A stretch of 64,000 nt of DNA from Nitrospirae bacterium JdFR-81 (GTDB lineage: Bacteria; Nitrospirota; Thermodesulfovibrionia; UBA6902): assembly GCA_002011735.1 (NCBI GenBank), contig MTOQ01000057.1:1897-65896 (forward strand), given 5' to 3'. This document shows, piece by piece, positions 19,612 to 30,138 of the stretch. Within the stretch, counting starts at the first letter, position 1. Every line of letters begins with the position of its first letter. The notes below the pieces were generated by a model. It made no database searches and was not told the origin of the DNA. It worked only from the letters and a program-made list of their open reading frames with translations. A program made the translations under genes and the position numbers.

Positions 19612-20641
19612 CTTTTAGTAGATCCTCAATCCCCCTTTTTACATCCTCGACCCTGACACCCTTTATACACTGAAAGCCAAGATCACAGTCCTTCCCGTAG
19701 CACCTCTGACACCTCTCCCTTCCCCTCAGGATGACCTTTTTATCCGTCAAAGGCCCCCACCTCCTCTCATCCGCAGGTCCGAACAATCCCACAATGGGCA
19801 GATTCATTGCGCCTGCAAGGTGCATCGGCCCGCTATCATTGCCTATAAAGAGGGAACTCCTCTCGAAGAGGGCCATCAACTCACCAAGTGACAGCATGCC
19901 TGCGGTATTATAAAATGGATACCGTGTAATCAACCCTATCTCCTTGATGATCCTGCCATCCTCCTCTCCACCGATAAAGACCACCTGAATACCTTTTGAG
20001 TATAGCCAGTCTGATATCTCTGCAAAACCCTCAAGACTCCAGAGCTTATACACCTTCCCTGCCCCTGGATGGATGCAGACGATGCCCCTGTCAAGCTCTA
20101 CCCCATGACCTCTCAGCTTCTCCATCAGAGAGAGCCTCTTACTGTCAGATGGCCTGAGATTAAACCTGACCGTTGTATCTGCACCTGCGGCAGAGGCTAT
20201 ATCAAGATAGCTGAAGAGCTTATGATCCCTGTCAGAGAAGGTGACCCTCCTGTTGTAAAGGAACGCCCTTTTTGAGATGGCCGGACCATATCGGATGGAT
20301 GCGCCTGAGAGCAAGGTGAGCACCGAAGAATACTCTCTCCCGCAGAGATCGATAGCCACATCTGGACGGGCCCCCCGCAGCCTCCTGACAAACTGCAGGA
20401 ACAGGAACGAATGCTTAAAATAGGAACCCTTCACCATCTCCTCCCTGGGATAGGGGATCAAACTGTCCAGTCCTGCCACCGCCTCAACGACCTCTGTGTA
20501 TCTGCTGTCAATTGCAAGGTAAAACCTGGCATCTATATAAAACTCCCTGAGCCCCTGTATGGCCGGAATAGAGACTATGAGATTCCCCATATGCCTGTCA
20601 GGCATGAGGACGAGGATATTCCTTACCCCTCTCTTACCCAT
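19586..20641 (-). CDS. Family 9 glycosyltransferase (ADP-heptose:LPS heptosyltransferase)
   Basis: The pattern LVLMPDRHMGNLIVSIPAI...FIGNDSGPMHLAGAMNLPIVGLFGP is typical of RfaF/RfaC. Confidence 0.8.
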   Translation of the reverse strand: MGKRGVRNILVLMPDRHMGNLIVSIPAIQGLREFYIDARFYLAIDSRYTEVVEAVAGLDSLIPYPREEMVKGSYFKHSFLFLQFVRRLRGARPDVAIDLCGREYSSVLTLLSGASIRYGPAISKRAFLYNRRVTFSDRDHKLFSYLDIASAAGADTTVRFNLRPSDSKRLSLMEKLRGHGVELDRGIVCIHPGAGKVYKLWSLEGFAEISDWLYSKGIQVVFIGGEEDGRIIKEIGLITRYPFYNTAGMLSLGELMALFERSSLFIGNDSGPMHLAGAMNLPIVGLFGPADERRWGPLTDKKVILRGRERCQRCYGKDCDLGFQCIKGVRVEDVKRGIEDLLKDAMERQAG

Positions 20642-20723
20642 ACTCTATATTAACCATATCTCTCATACATTTGTCTTGACATTGTAGAATACACCCGCTA
20701 ATTTATTCCAAAGACGTAAGGAT

Positions 20724-21701
20724 TCAAAGATGCTGCTCTATAATTGAGATCATCTGCCTTATCCTTATCTCATAGGTGTGCTCCTTTAACACCCTTGCCT
20801 GTCCTGCCCTGGCTATCTCCTCACGTAGGGTGTCATTCTTTAGATAAAACCTTATCTTATCCATCATCTCGTCCTCATCCCTGAAGGTCACGATCTCCTT
20901 ATCGGGTTCGAGCACCTCCTCTATCCCCTCAACATGCTGACACATATAAAACGCCCCACAGCCAGCAGCTACATACATCCTCCCGCTCATGGATTTTCTT
21001 ATATGTGGCTGTGAGTCTATCCCCAGGTATATCTTGGAGAGCCTGGCCATCTTTGCATGATCCTCCCCCCAGATAAATTTACCACCATAAGCCCTTCCAA
21101 GCCTGCCAAGGATTAAAGGGAGGGTGGAGATCTTCCTTGGTATGGGGGGGCCCCACCACTTCAACTCGATACCCTCCTCCAGTATCCGCTGCAAGATCCT
21201 CCTCCTTGGCAGGTATTGAGGCTTTGAACCGAGATTCCCTGCAAAGGTTACCTGCGAGCTGTAGAGCCTTCTGTCCCTCTCGGTTATCCCTTTTATCTCA
21301 TATAATGATGGCTCAAATGCCTGGGTCAACCAGAATACATTTGGGTTGTACATCCTGAGCCGCTCCACCAGTCCCTCTGCCATTGTGAAGAAGGTATCAC
21401 ACGCCTCCACATAATCAGGTAACCACTCTGGGACAACAGGATCGGGATACCATTGGACCACCTTTGTATAGTCCCTTAAATCCTGGAAGACCTCTGCCCT
21501 CAACTCATCCTTTGTATGGAGGATGAGGTGGGGCCTGAATTCCGAGGTGACTTCAAAGACCCTCTTTACAGGCTCGGAGACCTGTGATGGATCAAGGGCA
21601 AGAACCGCGTGTCCGTTCTTCTCAAACCCTGCCTTATAGCACCACCCATCGTTCCATGGCCTTGAGAGGGCGCATATAAGGAGGATACGATAACGACTCA
21701 T
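20724..21701 (-). CDS. CgeB-like/DUF3880-type glycosyltransferase family protein
   Basis: Start at MSRYRILL gives an ATGA overlap with the upstream stop codon. The C-terminal pattern F..E.EM..KI.YYL.N...REEIA..G...VLKEHTY..R resembles the CgeB family. Confidence 0.5.
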   Translation of the reverse strand: MSRYRILLICALSRPWNDGWCYKAGFEKNGHAVLALDPSQVSEPVKRVFEVTSEFRPHLILHTKDELRAEVFQDLRDYTKVVQWYPDPVVPEWLPDYVEACDTFFTMAEGLVERLRMYNPNVFWLTQAFEPSLYEIKGITERDRRLYSSQVTFAGNLGSKPQYLPRRRILQRILEEGIELKWWGPPIPRKISTLPLILGRLGRAYGGKFIWGEDHAKMARLSKIYLGIDSQPHIRKSMSGRMYVAAGCGAFYMCQHVEGIEEVLEPDKEIVTFRDEDEMMDKIRFYLKNDTLREEIARAGQARVLKEHTYEIRIRQMISIIEQHL

Positions 21702-22831
21702 AAATGGTGTACTCCCCTCAGGCAATCCTCGAATAGGGCCTCATACTCCCTGATCGTCTTGTATATGCTGAATAATTCAGCCCTTTCCATGGCCGCACGG
21801 ATGAACCTCTTATGTCGTGATGTGTCGTCAATCAGCCCCTTTATAGCCCTACCGAGGCCTGTAGAGTCTGCAGGAGAGACATAGACCCCTGCATCGCCTG
21901 CTATCTCTCTGTGTGGAGGTATGTCAGAGACTACAACCGGAAGTCCTGAGGCCAAGGCCTCTATAAGGGCAGAGGGAAGGCCCTCCCACAGAGAGGGACT
22001 GCAAAATATGTCTAATGCCCTTAAGAAACACGGCACCTCTTCAGGGGGAATGGCTCCCAAAAACCTGCATTCCACACCCAGGCTCTCACATTTCCTCTGA
22101 AGTTCGGCCTTCTGGGGTCCGTCTCCTGCTATAACAACCACCACCTCTCTTATATCTGATACAGCCTCGATCAGATACTCGTATCCCTTCTGCTGTGTTA
22201 ACCTCCCGAGTGATCCGACTATCCGTCCCTCCTCGGGCAATCCAAACATCCTCCTTGCATCCTTCTTATTAATCGAGACCCTGAACCTCTCGATATCCAC
22301 CCCGTTGTGTATTATCCTGATCTTCTCAGGTGAAACCCTGTCAAACCTCTGTATATCCTCTGCTACCGCCCTTGAAACAGCAACCAGACGGTCAGACCAT
22401 ACAGCGAGCAGTCTGTTTATTAACATCCTGTGAAATTTGGGCCTATCAGGAGACAGATAGAGATTATGGAATGATGGGATAATAACAGGCACTCCTGCCA
22501 CAATACCTGCAAGCCTCCCGTACAGGTTTGCATGATATTGATGGGTCCTGAGGATGTGGATACGCTCTTCCTTGATAACCCGGTATACATCCCTGATGGC
22601 CCTCCAGTCAAAACCATGCCCCTTCATCCTGTGGAGTATATGCACTTTAATCCCGCGTCTGACCAACTCATCCGCAATCTCTCCGCCCTCTTTTATACAA
22701 CATACAACAGGGTTGAAGCGGCTCCTGTCATAGCCAGTAACGACCTTTAATAGCATGTTCTCAACCCCACCTACGGGAAGTCGGGTGATTACATGGAGGA
22801 TATTGAAGGTCTTTTTGTCAGATTTATTCAT
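21698..22831 (-). CDS. Family 4 glycosyltransferase
   Basis: N-terminal VGGVENML and C-terminal EGLPSALIEALASGLPVVVSD. Confidence 0.8.
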   Translation of the reverse strand: MNKSDKKTFNILHVITRLPVGGVENMLLKVVTGYDRSRFNPVVCCIKEGGEIADELVRRGIKVHILHRMKGHGFDWRAIRDVYRVIKEERIHILRTHQYHANLYGRLAGIVAGVPVIIPSFHNLYLSPDRPKFHRMLINRLLAVWSDRLVAVSRAVAEDIQRFDRVSPEKIRIIHNGVDIERFRVSINKKDARRMFGLPEEGRIVGSLGRLTQQKGYEYLIEAVSDIREVVVVIAGDGPQKAELQRKCESLGVECRFLGAIPPEEVPCFLRALDIFCSPSLWEGLPSALIEALASGLPVVVSDIPPHREIAGDAGVYVSPADSTGLGRAIKGLIDDTSRHKRFIRAAMERAELFSIYKTIREYEALFEDCLRGVHHL

Positions 22832-22844
22832 TTAATTATTGAGG

Positions 22845-23681
22845 TCATATATGGTAATGCATATGAAAGAAGTTGCCCATATCATAGCAGAGAACACCAT
22901 CCCTCTGGCAGAGGTTGTAACAGAGGATGTTTGCCCCTGGGCCCCCTGCAACCAGAACGGCCAGATCCCCCTTATCGATACTATATCCTTTTATAGTATC
23001 TGTAATCTCCTGACGGGTCTGGGGGATCATATAAAAGAAATTCTTATCAGGGATCTGGATAAAGAATACATTTTTATCCTTATGCTCCTTCCGGAATAGA
23101 TCAAAATGCTTTTTACTGTTATAAACAATGATGATATTGGATATACCCTGCCACAGGGTCTTTATCTCCTCCTTCTTAAGGCCAACAGGCCCTATCCTGA
23201 ACATATCTGCCTCCAGAAAGGGCATATCTATCTTATCCATACCGAGCCTCCAGTACAGGTATCTCATGAATCTCCATATGTAATACGCCTTCTTCCCTGG
23301 GGTGGCCTTCAGTTCATCCACGCTTTTACATAACTGCCAGTTTGTAAGGGCGAGGAGGTAGTTGGATTGAGGAGAATAGTTTTTAATGATCTCGATCAGC
23401 CCCCTTCTTAAATCCTTATGATACTCCTGCGTTCCCATGCCTGAGCCCACCATTATCTCTGACTCCCCATTGCCAAATCGTATCAGTGACTTCCTTGTCT
23501 GCAGCAGTATCTGCAACGACTCCTCTGGAGTTAAGGCGTGATATCGCAGGCCGTCCCTGTAGATGGAATTAAAAATGGCAGCATATACCTTGTTAAATCT
23601 GTATCGAATGGTCTTGTTCCTCTTCAATGGCCTAACAGGCCTCTGGCCCTTTATCAATGGCACATCCGTGGTAGACATCAC
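22845..23681 (-). CDS. GT-D fold (DUF1792-like) glycosyltransferase candidate
   Basis: The RFGNGESEIMVG motif resembles the DUF1792 RFGDGE signature. Lower GC than neighbours. Confidence 0.4.
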   Translation of the reverse strand: MMSTTDVPLIKGQRPVRPLKRNKTIRYRFNKVYAAIFNSIYRDGLRYHALTPEESLQILLQTRKSLIRFGNGESEIMVGSGMGTQEYHKDLRRGLIEIIKNYSPQSNYLLALTNWQLCKSVDELKATPGKKAYYIWRFMRYLYWRLGMDKIDMPFLEADMFRIGPVGLKKEEIKTLWQGISNIIIVYNSKKHFDLFRKEHKDKNVFFIQIPDKNFFYMIPQTRQEITDTIKGYSIDKGDLAVLVAGGPGANILCYNLCQRDGVLCYDMGNFFHMHYHI

Positions 23682-24562
23682 GATCTATCCCATCTCCTAC
23701 GGGTGTAATGCCTCAGCAGACTGTAGAACCTGTCTTTCCTCTTGATATCCATCTGCTCAATATAATAAGAGAAGATATCCTGCCTCTGGGTGGATGAAAG
23801 GGGCAGTCTGGGATGATTGAATCCGGCTATATCCTTTGCGAGGTTGTTTATCCTGAACGGGAAGTTTTTTTTAATGCTGTCTATATCAACAATCCCTGTT
23901 ACCTCACCTTCATGGACAAACACATGCGACAGCCTGAAATCCCCGAACCAGTACCCCTCTCTATGTAGTCTTATCACCTTATCGATAACATTATAGTATA
24001 TATCCAGCGGCATGGTCCTATCACCCACCATCACTGGATAGAGTGACTCTCCCTTGATCCTGTCCATTATAAAGAATACCCTTCTGCCCCGGGTGATGTA
24101 TCCATATGCCATTATATCCGGCACCCCTATATTGATACGATTCAACCGCCGGGAGAGGTTGTAGAGATGATATCCACGGTCAACGAGCGCGGAGACGATC
24201 CGATCCTTTAAAGAGAGTGGATGGAGGATCTTTACAAAATGATCAGATTCAATATGATAGAACAGGGAGGTCTTCTTAACGGTCGGGATGAGGAAGAATC
24301 CATCGATATAGAGAAGGGGCTGTCTTGCAAGCTTTATGCCCTGTGCACTTAGATACTCACCGGCATCCCCTGTATCCAGCCACCGGTATGAATCGTATGG
24401 GATCCTTCTGTATATCTCCTGGATCTCTTCTATGCCGCCTTTTAGTGGAGAGAATATCCGTGGCACATCCCTTAAAAGGGATTGCATCCTTTCAAACACC
24501 GTTACATCAATACGATGCTCATCATACCGTGCCCTCAATACCTCGCCCCTGTACTCCTTCAT
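23678..24562 (-). CDS. Lipopolysaccharide kinase (Kdo/WaaP/InaA) family protein
   Basis: Kinase-like catalytic region LHREGYWFGDFRLSHVFVHEG...GIVDIDS in an LPS cluster. Confidence 0.55.
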   Translation of the reverse strand: MKEYRGEVLRARYDEHRIDVTVFERMQSLLRDVPRIFSPLKGGIEEIQEIYRRIPYDSYRWLDTGDAGEYLSAQGIKLARQPLLYIDGFFLIPTVKKTSLFYHIESDHFVKILHPLSLKDRIVSALVDRGYHLYNLSRRLNRINIGVPDIMAYGYITRGRRVFFIMDRIKGESLYPVMVGDRTMPLDIYYNVIDKVIRLHREGYWFGDFRLSHVFVHEGEVTGIVDIDSIKKNFPFRINNLAKDIAGFNHPRLPLSSTQRQDIFSYYIEQMDIKRKDRFYSLLRHYTRRRWDRS

Positions 24563-24568
24563 GATCCC

Positions 24569-25357
24569 TCAACCTATCCTTACAGAGTGATAGAGTTTGC
24601 TGAGTAGTGTCGAGGAGTAGATATTGAGCCTGTTCAAAAGCCATCTGCCATCGCCCTTTACAGGTAACCTCCGAACCTCCCTCAGGGTCCCGCGTATATT
24701 CGGACCCCTCTCGGTCGTATAGAGGGCCTTAAAGCCGAGCTCCGTGGCGATCCTTATCCCCTCCTCATCATAATAACCCTTTGGCCACCCAAGGTGAAGG
24801 ACCCTCTTCGAAAGCCTCTCCTCGATATCCCTCTTGCCCCTGAGCAGGTCCTCCCTCAACTCACGATATCTCCTCTCCTTTATGTATACGGGTGTTTCAT
24901 GAGTATGGCTATGAGACTGGATATCAAACACCCCTTCCTCCTCCATCTCCCTCAATTCAGCCCATGTGCACATCACCTCGTGGCGCCTCTCTGTAAACGC
25001 CATCTCCCATGCCTCTTTATGGGGCAGTGGCCTGAACTCATCCCGATTAACCTCCACATCCTCTATAAAAGAGGTTGCCACAAAGAGGATGGCCTTCATG
25101 CCATACCTCTTGAGGATCGGATAGGCATACACATAATTGTCCGCAAAGCCATCATCAAATGTTAAGAGCACACACTTGGCCGGTATCTCTTCTGCCTGAA
25201 TGATCTCAAGGAATTCATCACCCGAGAGGGTCTTCCATCCATCCCTCTTTAGATAGCTCAGGTGTTCCTCAAAGAGGCCTGGCGAGATCGTGAGTCCCCA
25301 GCCTGCTGGTGATACATGGTGATACATCACCACAGGTATGGAATTCCTGATCATCAT
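24569..25357 (-). CDS. Polysaccharide deacetylase (NodB/CE4)
   Basis: VVMYHHV...LLTFDDGFADNY...ILFV...SHSHTH motifs. Confidence 0.8.
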   Translation of the reverse strand: MMIRNSIPVVMYHHVSPAGWGLTISPGLFEEHLSYLKRDGWKTLSGDEFLEIIQAEEIPAKCVLLTFDDGFADNYVYAYPILKRYGMKAILFVATSFIEDVEVNRDEFRPLPHKEAWEMAFTERRHEVMCTWAELREMEEEGVFDIQSHSHTHETPVYIKERRYRELREDLLRGKRDIEERLSKRVLHLGWPKGYYDEEGIRIATELGFKALYTTERGPNIRGTLREVRRLPVKGDGRWLLNRLNIYSSTLLSKLYHSVRIG

Positions 25358-26442
25358 GGCCTTGATGGAGAAGACAAGAGCTCCCTGTATAACGCCTCTG
25401 TCTTATCGAGCATCCTCTCAACAGTGAATCTCTCAATCACTGTGCGCCTCGCGTTCCTGCCGAGCCTCTCCCTGAGCTCCCTATTATGTATCAAAAAGAG
25501 CACCTTCCTGGCTATATCCATCGGATCCCTCACCCTGAAAAAGAGGCCGTTTTCGCCATCGACTATAAACTCCCTGAATGTGGGGATATCAGAGACGACC
25601 ACCGGCCTTTCCATCGCCATTGCCTCAAGGAGGGATTGAGGGGTGCTGTCTAATACTGACGGGAAGACAAAAATGTCAAAAGTCTTTAACACCTTTGGGA
25701 TATCCTCTCTATGGCCTAACAGAAACACCTTCTCTCTCAGATCCTCCTGTATATGTTTAAGGTATTTGTCCTTTTTTGTCTCGGACACCCTGCCAGCTAT
25801 CATAAGTACAGAGGGGATCTTCTCATGAATAAGATTAAACGCCTGGAGGAGAGACTCAAGTCCCTTTGTCCAAGTAAATGTGGAGGTATTGCCTATGACC
25901 ATGGTGTCCCGAGTCATCTGTAGTTCTCTCCGAAGATCATCTGTTTCGGGGGTGAAACGTCCGAGGTCAACAGAAGAAGGAACAACCGCTATCGTCTTTT
26001 CATCTACGCGACTCTTAAGGATGTCACGTGTGGCATGACTTGTTACAATAAATATATCAGGCATACCATAAATAAATTTTGTAAGGGGGTCTCTCCCGAT
26101 GGGATAAAGATTGTGTCTGAACCTCACTAACTTCCGTCCGGTGAGCTTTGCTGCTATACCACCTGCCCAACTATCCACAGAACTGTGCGTGGACACAATA
26201 TCGATCTCCTCTCTCTTGATGATACCCATTAACTGGGGGATGGTCCTGAAGTAGGTCTTCTTATTCATATCGAGCTCATACACCTTTATACCGGCATCCT
26301 TTGCCTTTCTGGCGAGCACACTCCCTCTATTGCAGGCGATGACGACCCTGTGTCCCCTCTGGATAAGCCCCTTTGACTCTACAAGCACCCTGTTCTGCTG
26401 GCCACCCCAGCGTTTAAGGGTCTCTGTATGGAGGATATTCAT
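25354..26442 (-). CDS. Family 4 glycosyltransferase
   Basis: GT-B pattern with C-terminal LLEAMAMERPVVVSD. Confidence 0.8.
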   Translation of the reverse strand: MNILHTETLKRWGGQQNRVLVESKGLIQRGHRVVIACNRGSVLARKAKDAGIKVYELDMNKKTYFRTIPQLMGIIKREEIDIVSTHSSVDSWAGGIAAKLTGRKLVRFRHNLYPIGRDPLTKFIYGMPDIFIVTSHATRDILKSRVDEKTIAVVPSSVDLGRFTPETDDLRRELQMTRDTMVIGNTSTFTWTKGLESLLQAFNLIHEKIPSVLMIAGRVSETKKDKYLKHIQEDLREKVFLLGHREDIPKVLKTFDIFVFPSVLDSTPQSLLEAMAMERPVVVSDIPTFREFIVDGENGLFFRVRDPMDIARKVLFLIHNRELRERLGRNARRTVIERFTVERMLDKTEALYRELLSSPSRP

Positions 26443-26637
26443 TCAATCAATTATCTATGGGAAGAGATAGCCTATAGAATACTTCCTTTGTTGGTCTTCA
26501 ATCTCCTGCTGAGCCTGCTAAATCCTTTATAGTTTTTTTATTTTACGGCCTCCAATTATGTTTTTCCAATAATATCGACTTTTTGAAAAGATATCTCTGG
26601 GACGTCGATTTTGAAAGCCTGAGCTTAAAGTTTTTAA

Positions 26638-27783
26638 TCACCCGCCTCCTGGAATATGGTGATGTTGAGGCCATAAAGATGAAGGATCATGCCCCTTTCT
26701 CTTTAATAATTCAATATAAAGTGCTTCGATGCTTTCAATCATGTGATCCATGGTATATCTATCCATCACATGTTGTTTTGCTTTTTCTGCAAGTCTTCTA
26801 CATAATCCAGGATCTTCCAGCAATTTTATAACACCTCTTGCAAGGCCCTGGCTGTCCCCTGCCTCCACAAGAAGGCCTGTCTGTTCATGAATGACCACCT
26901 CGGGCACACCACCAACTGCCGTTGCAACAACAGGCACCCCTGCTGCCATCGCCTGGGTCAGGCTCTGAGGAAGACCCTCAGACCATGAGCTCAATATTGC
27001 GATATCAGATAGTGAATATATCTCTGTGATATCCCTGACAAAACCTGTAAAGATCACATATTTACGAATATCAAGATCATCCACCATCCTCTCAAGCCTC
27101 TCACGGGCAGGCCCATCACCGACTATCAGAAACCTCGCATCAGGCACCCTCTCAATAACCGTCCTTACCGCCCGAAATGTGACCTCATGCCCTTTAACAC
27201 TCCGCAGGATCCCAACATTCACTATGACCGGAGAGTCCTTTGACAATCCATACCTCACCGCCCGGCGCTTGTCCCTCCTTACCTCAAAGAATTCCCTATC
27301 AACTCCTGTGGGGATGCTGATTACACGATCTTCAGGGAATCCGCAGTCTTTTATAAGCCTCATCCTCATGTCATCTCCACATGTGATATACATGTCTGGA
27401 AGATAATGAATAAAATTCAGGGGATTCCTCCTCAATGGAATATTTAAGTGCCTTGTCCTTACAAGCACGGGTGCCCTGGCGAGCCTTGCAGACAGCCCGC
27501 CTACCCAGGAGTCGACTCCACTGTGGGTATTAACGATCTCAAACCTCTCCCTCTGGATCAACCTGATGAGTCTGAATATACTCTCGATATCATAGGGCCT
27601 CCTGAAGGGCAGGATATGGGTCTTTATGCCGAGCCCCTCTGCCTCTGCCCTTATCTTCGCGTGTCCCCTGCAGGCTATGGCAACATAATGACCCCTCCTC
27701 CTGAGCCCTACCATCTCTGCCAGAACCCTCTTCTCCTGCCCTCCCATGTCATCAGACCACTCGGTATGAAGGATCCTCATCAC
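26638..27783 (-). CDS. Family 4 glycosyltransferase
   Basis: EGLPQSLTQAMAAGVPVVATAVGG. The last ~15 codons look like read-through into a junction region. Confidence 0.8.
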   Translation of the reverse strand: MMRILHTEWSDDMGGQEKRVLAEMVGLRRRGHYVAIACRGHAKIRAEAEGLGIKTHILPFRRPYDIESIFRLIRLIQRERFEIVNTHSGVDSWVGGLSARLARAPVLVRTRHLNIPLRRNPLNFIHYLPDMYITCGDDMRMRLIKDCGFPEDRVISIPTGVDREFFEVRRDKRRAVRYGLSKDSPVIVNVGILRSVKGHEVTFRAVRTVIERVPDARFLIVGDGPARERLERMVDDLDIRKYVIFTGFVRDITEIYSLSDIAILSSWSEGLPQSLTQAMAAGVPVVATAVGGVPEVVIHEQTGLLVEAGDSQGLARGVIKLLEDPGLCRRLAEKAKQHVMDRYTMDHMIESIEALYIELLKRKGHDPSSLWPQHHHIPGGG

Positions 27784-27842
27784 CAGGGTATGGGTATTTG
27801 TTTTTCCCCCTTTTTTGCTGTATTATAACAGACTGAGGAATC

Positions 27843-29162
27843 ATGAAAGAAGGCGGATTATTCGGTGAACTCGTAAAAGGAAGACGCTGTATTGGGGTTG
27901 TCGGACTCGGTTATGTGGGTGTCCCGCTGTTGGTGGAGCTGGCAAGGAGATACAGGGTTATAGGGTTTGACACGGATACCGAACGCGTAAAAGAGCTCTC
28001 ACAGGGGATTGACAGAACAGGCGAGGCAGGCAGGAGAGACCTGAGATCACCCAACATAACCTTTACATCCGATCCCGCGAGGCTGAGAGAGGCATCGGTA
28101 ATAATAATAGCGGTTCCCACCCCCATTGATGAACACAAGATACCCGACCTTTCACCCCTGAAGTCTGCCTCGGAGACGGTCGGAAGGAACCTCAGGAGGG
28201 GCGCTGTTGTTGTATATGAGTCCACTGTCTATCCAGGTGTGACCGAGGAGATATGCGTTCCGATACTGGAGGATGCATCAGGGCTGAGATGTGGCAGGGA
28301 TTTTAAGGTTGGCTATTCCCCTGAGAGGGTCAATCCTGGTGATAAGGCCCATGGCCTTACAAACATCATAAAGGTGGTCTCTGCCCAGGACAGAAAGACC
28401 CTCGATCTGCTTGCAAGAATATATGGCTCGGTGGTTAAGGCAGGTGTGTATAGGGCCCCTGACATAAAGACGGCCGAGGCGGCAAAGGTGATAGAGAACA
28501 TCCAGAGAGATCTCAATATCGCACTCGTGAACGAGCTTGCCATTATATTCAACAGGATGGGCCTCGATACACAGGAGGTGCTCAAGGCAGCCCAGACAAA
28601 ATGGAACTTCCTTCCGTTCCAGCCAGGGCTTGTAGGCGGACATTGTATAGGGGTTGACCCCTATTACCTGACCTTCAAGGCCCAGGAGCTTGGCTATCAC
28701 CCCGAGGTCATACTCGCTGGAAGAAGGATAAATGATAACATGGGGTTCTATGTGGCTGAAAATACCATAAAACAGTTGATCCACTCAGGCAGATCCGTAA
28801 AGGATAGCAGGATCCTTATCCTCGGCCTCACATTCAAGGAAAATATCAGGGACACAAGAAACTCCAGGGTGATCGATATCTATAACGAGCTCAGGGGATA
28901 TGGGATAGAGGTATTCATTCACGATCCATACGCAGAGAAGAGGGAGATTGAAAGGGAATATCGCATCTCACTGTTAGAGGAGATCGATGATAAAAGACCC
29001 TATGACGGCATAATCCTTGCCGTGGCACACAGGGCCTATCGGAACCTCAGCCTCAGATACCTGAGGGGTCTCTGCAATGGCAATCCTGTGCTTATTGATG
29101 TAAAGGCATTCTTCAAAAAGGAACAGGCCATCAGGGCAGGTTTTAACTACTGGAGGCTATAG
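27843..29162 (+). CDS. Nucleotide-sugar 6-dehydrogenase (UDP-glucose/GDP-mannose dehydrogenase family, TviB/WbpO-like)
   Basis: N-terminal GLGYVG Rossmann motif, YSPERVNPGD, catalytic GGHCIGVDPYY. Confidence 0.85.
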   Translation: MKEGGLFGELVKGRRCIGVVGLGYVGVPLLVELARRYRVIGFDTDTERVKELSQGIDRTGEAGRRDLRSPNITFTSDPARLREASVIIIAVPTPIDEHKIPDLSPLKSASETVGRNLRRGAVVVYESTVYPGVTEEICVPILEDASGLRCGRDFKVGYSPERVNPGDKAHGLTNIIKVVSAQDRKTLDLLARIYGSVVKAGVYRAPDIKTAEAAKVIENIQRDLNIALVNELAIIFNRMGLDTQEVLKAAQTKWNFLPFQPGLVGGHCIGVDPYYLTFKAQELGYHPEVILAGRRINDNMGFYVAENTIKQLIHSGRSVKDSRILILGLTFKENIRDTRNSRVIDIYNELRGYGIEVFIHDPYAEKREIEREYRISLLEEIDDKRPYDGIILAVAHRAYRNLSLRYLRGLCNGNPVLIDVKAFFKKEQAIRAGFNYWRL

Positions 29163-29163
29163 C

Positions 29164-30138
29164 TTGAAGAATATACTTGTTACAGGCTGTGCAGGGTTTA
29201 TCGGCTGGAAGGTGTCAGAAATACTCCTTGATATGGAGAGGAATGTCATAGGGGTTGACAACATCAACCCCTATTACGACCCAAGACTCAAGAGGTGGAG
29301 GCTCAAGACCCTCCTTGAGAGGCCAAATTTCAGGTTCTATAAGATGGATATCTCAAATTATGCAAAACTCCGCACCCTCTTCTCTGACAATAAGATCGAC
29401 GCCGTGATAAATCTTGCTGCAAGGGCCGGTGTGAGGGCCTCTGTTGAAGACCCGTGGGTGTATCTCGATACCAATATCAAGGGGACCTTGAACCTCCTTG
29501 AATGTATGAAGGAGTTTAAAGTGAAGAAGTTCGTCCTTGCCTCGACATCGAGTATATACGGCCTTGAGGAGATGCCCTTTAAGGAGTCCCTTAAGACCGA
29601 CACCCCCCTTGCACCATACTCGGCAACAAAGAAGGGGGCCGAGGTCCTGAGCTATGCCTATCATTATCTCTATAAACTGGATATAACCATCCTCAGATAC
29701 TTCACCGTGTATGGACCAGCCGGAAGGCCTGATATGAGTATCTTCAGGTTTATAAGGAATATTGAGGCAGGAGAGGCGATCCCTGTCTTTGGAGATGGCA
29801 ACCAGAGCAGGGACTTTACATATATCGATGATATTGCCGATGGAACAATAAAGGCACTTAAACCTGTTGGCTATGAGATAATAAACCTTGGCAGTGACAA
29901 CCCTGTAAGGTTGAATACCGTGATAAGGCTTATCGAGAAGAGTCTCGGCAAAAAGGCGAAGAGGAAGAGGCTACCGAGACACCCTGCGGACATCAAGGCC
30001 ACATGGGCACATATAAAAAAGGCAAGAAGGCTCCTTGGCTGGACGCCCAGGACAACCATAGAGGAGGGTATAAAAAAGACCGTTGCATGGTTCAGGGAGA
30101 ATAGGAACCTGATGAACAGACTGAACTGGCAGGCTTAG
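29164..30138 (+). CDS. NAD-dependent nucleotide-sugar epimerase (UDP-glucuronate 4-epimerase-like), TTG start
   Basis: TGCAGFIG, NPYYDPRLK, and YSATK as the catalytic YxxxK. Confidence 0.8.
   Translation: MKNILVTGCAGFIGWKVSEILLDMERNVIGVDNINPYYDPRLKRWRLKTLLERPNFRFYKMDISNYAKLRTLFSDNKIDAVINLAARAGVRASVEDPWVYLDTNIKGTLNLLECMKEFKVKKFVLASTSSIYGLEEMPFKESLKTDTPLAPYSATKKGAEVLSYAYHYLYKLDITILRYFTVYGPAGRPDMSIFRFIRNIEAGEAIPVFGDGNQSRDFTYIDDIADGTIKALKPVGYEIINLGSDNPVRLNTVIRLIEKSLGKKAKRKRLPRHPADIKATWAHIKKARRLLGWTPRTTIEEGIKKTVAWFRENRNLMNRLNWQA

Noticed and set aside
26583-26831. 82-aa plus-strand ORF as an intact gene
   Set aside because: Only the first ~33 residues resemble a known small-protein family. The rest runs antisense through the GT4 gene. 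It is reported as a remnant.
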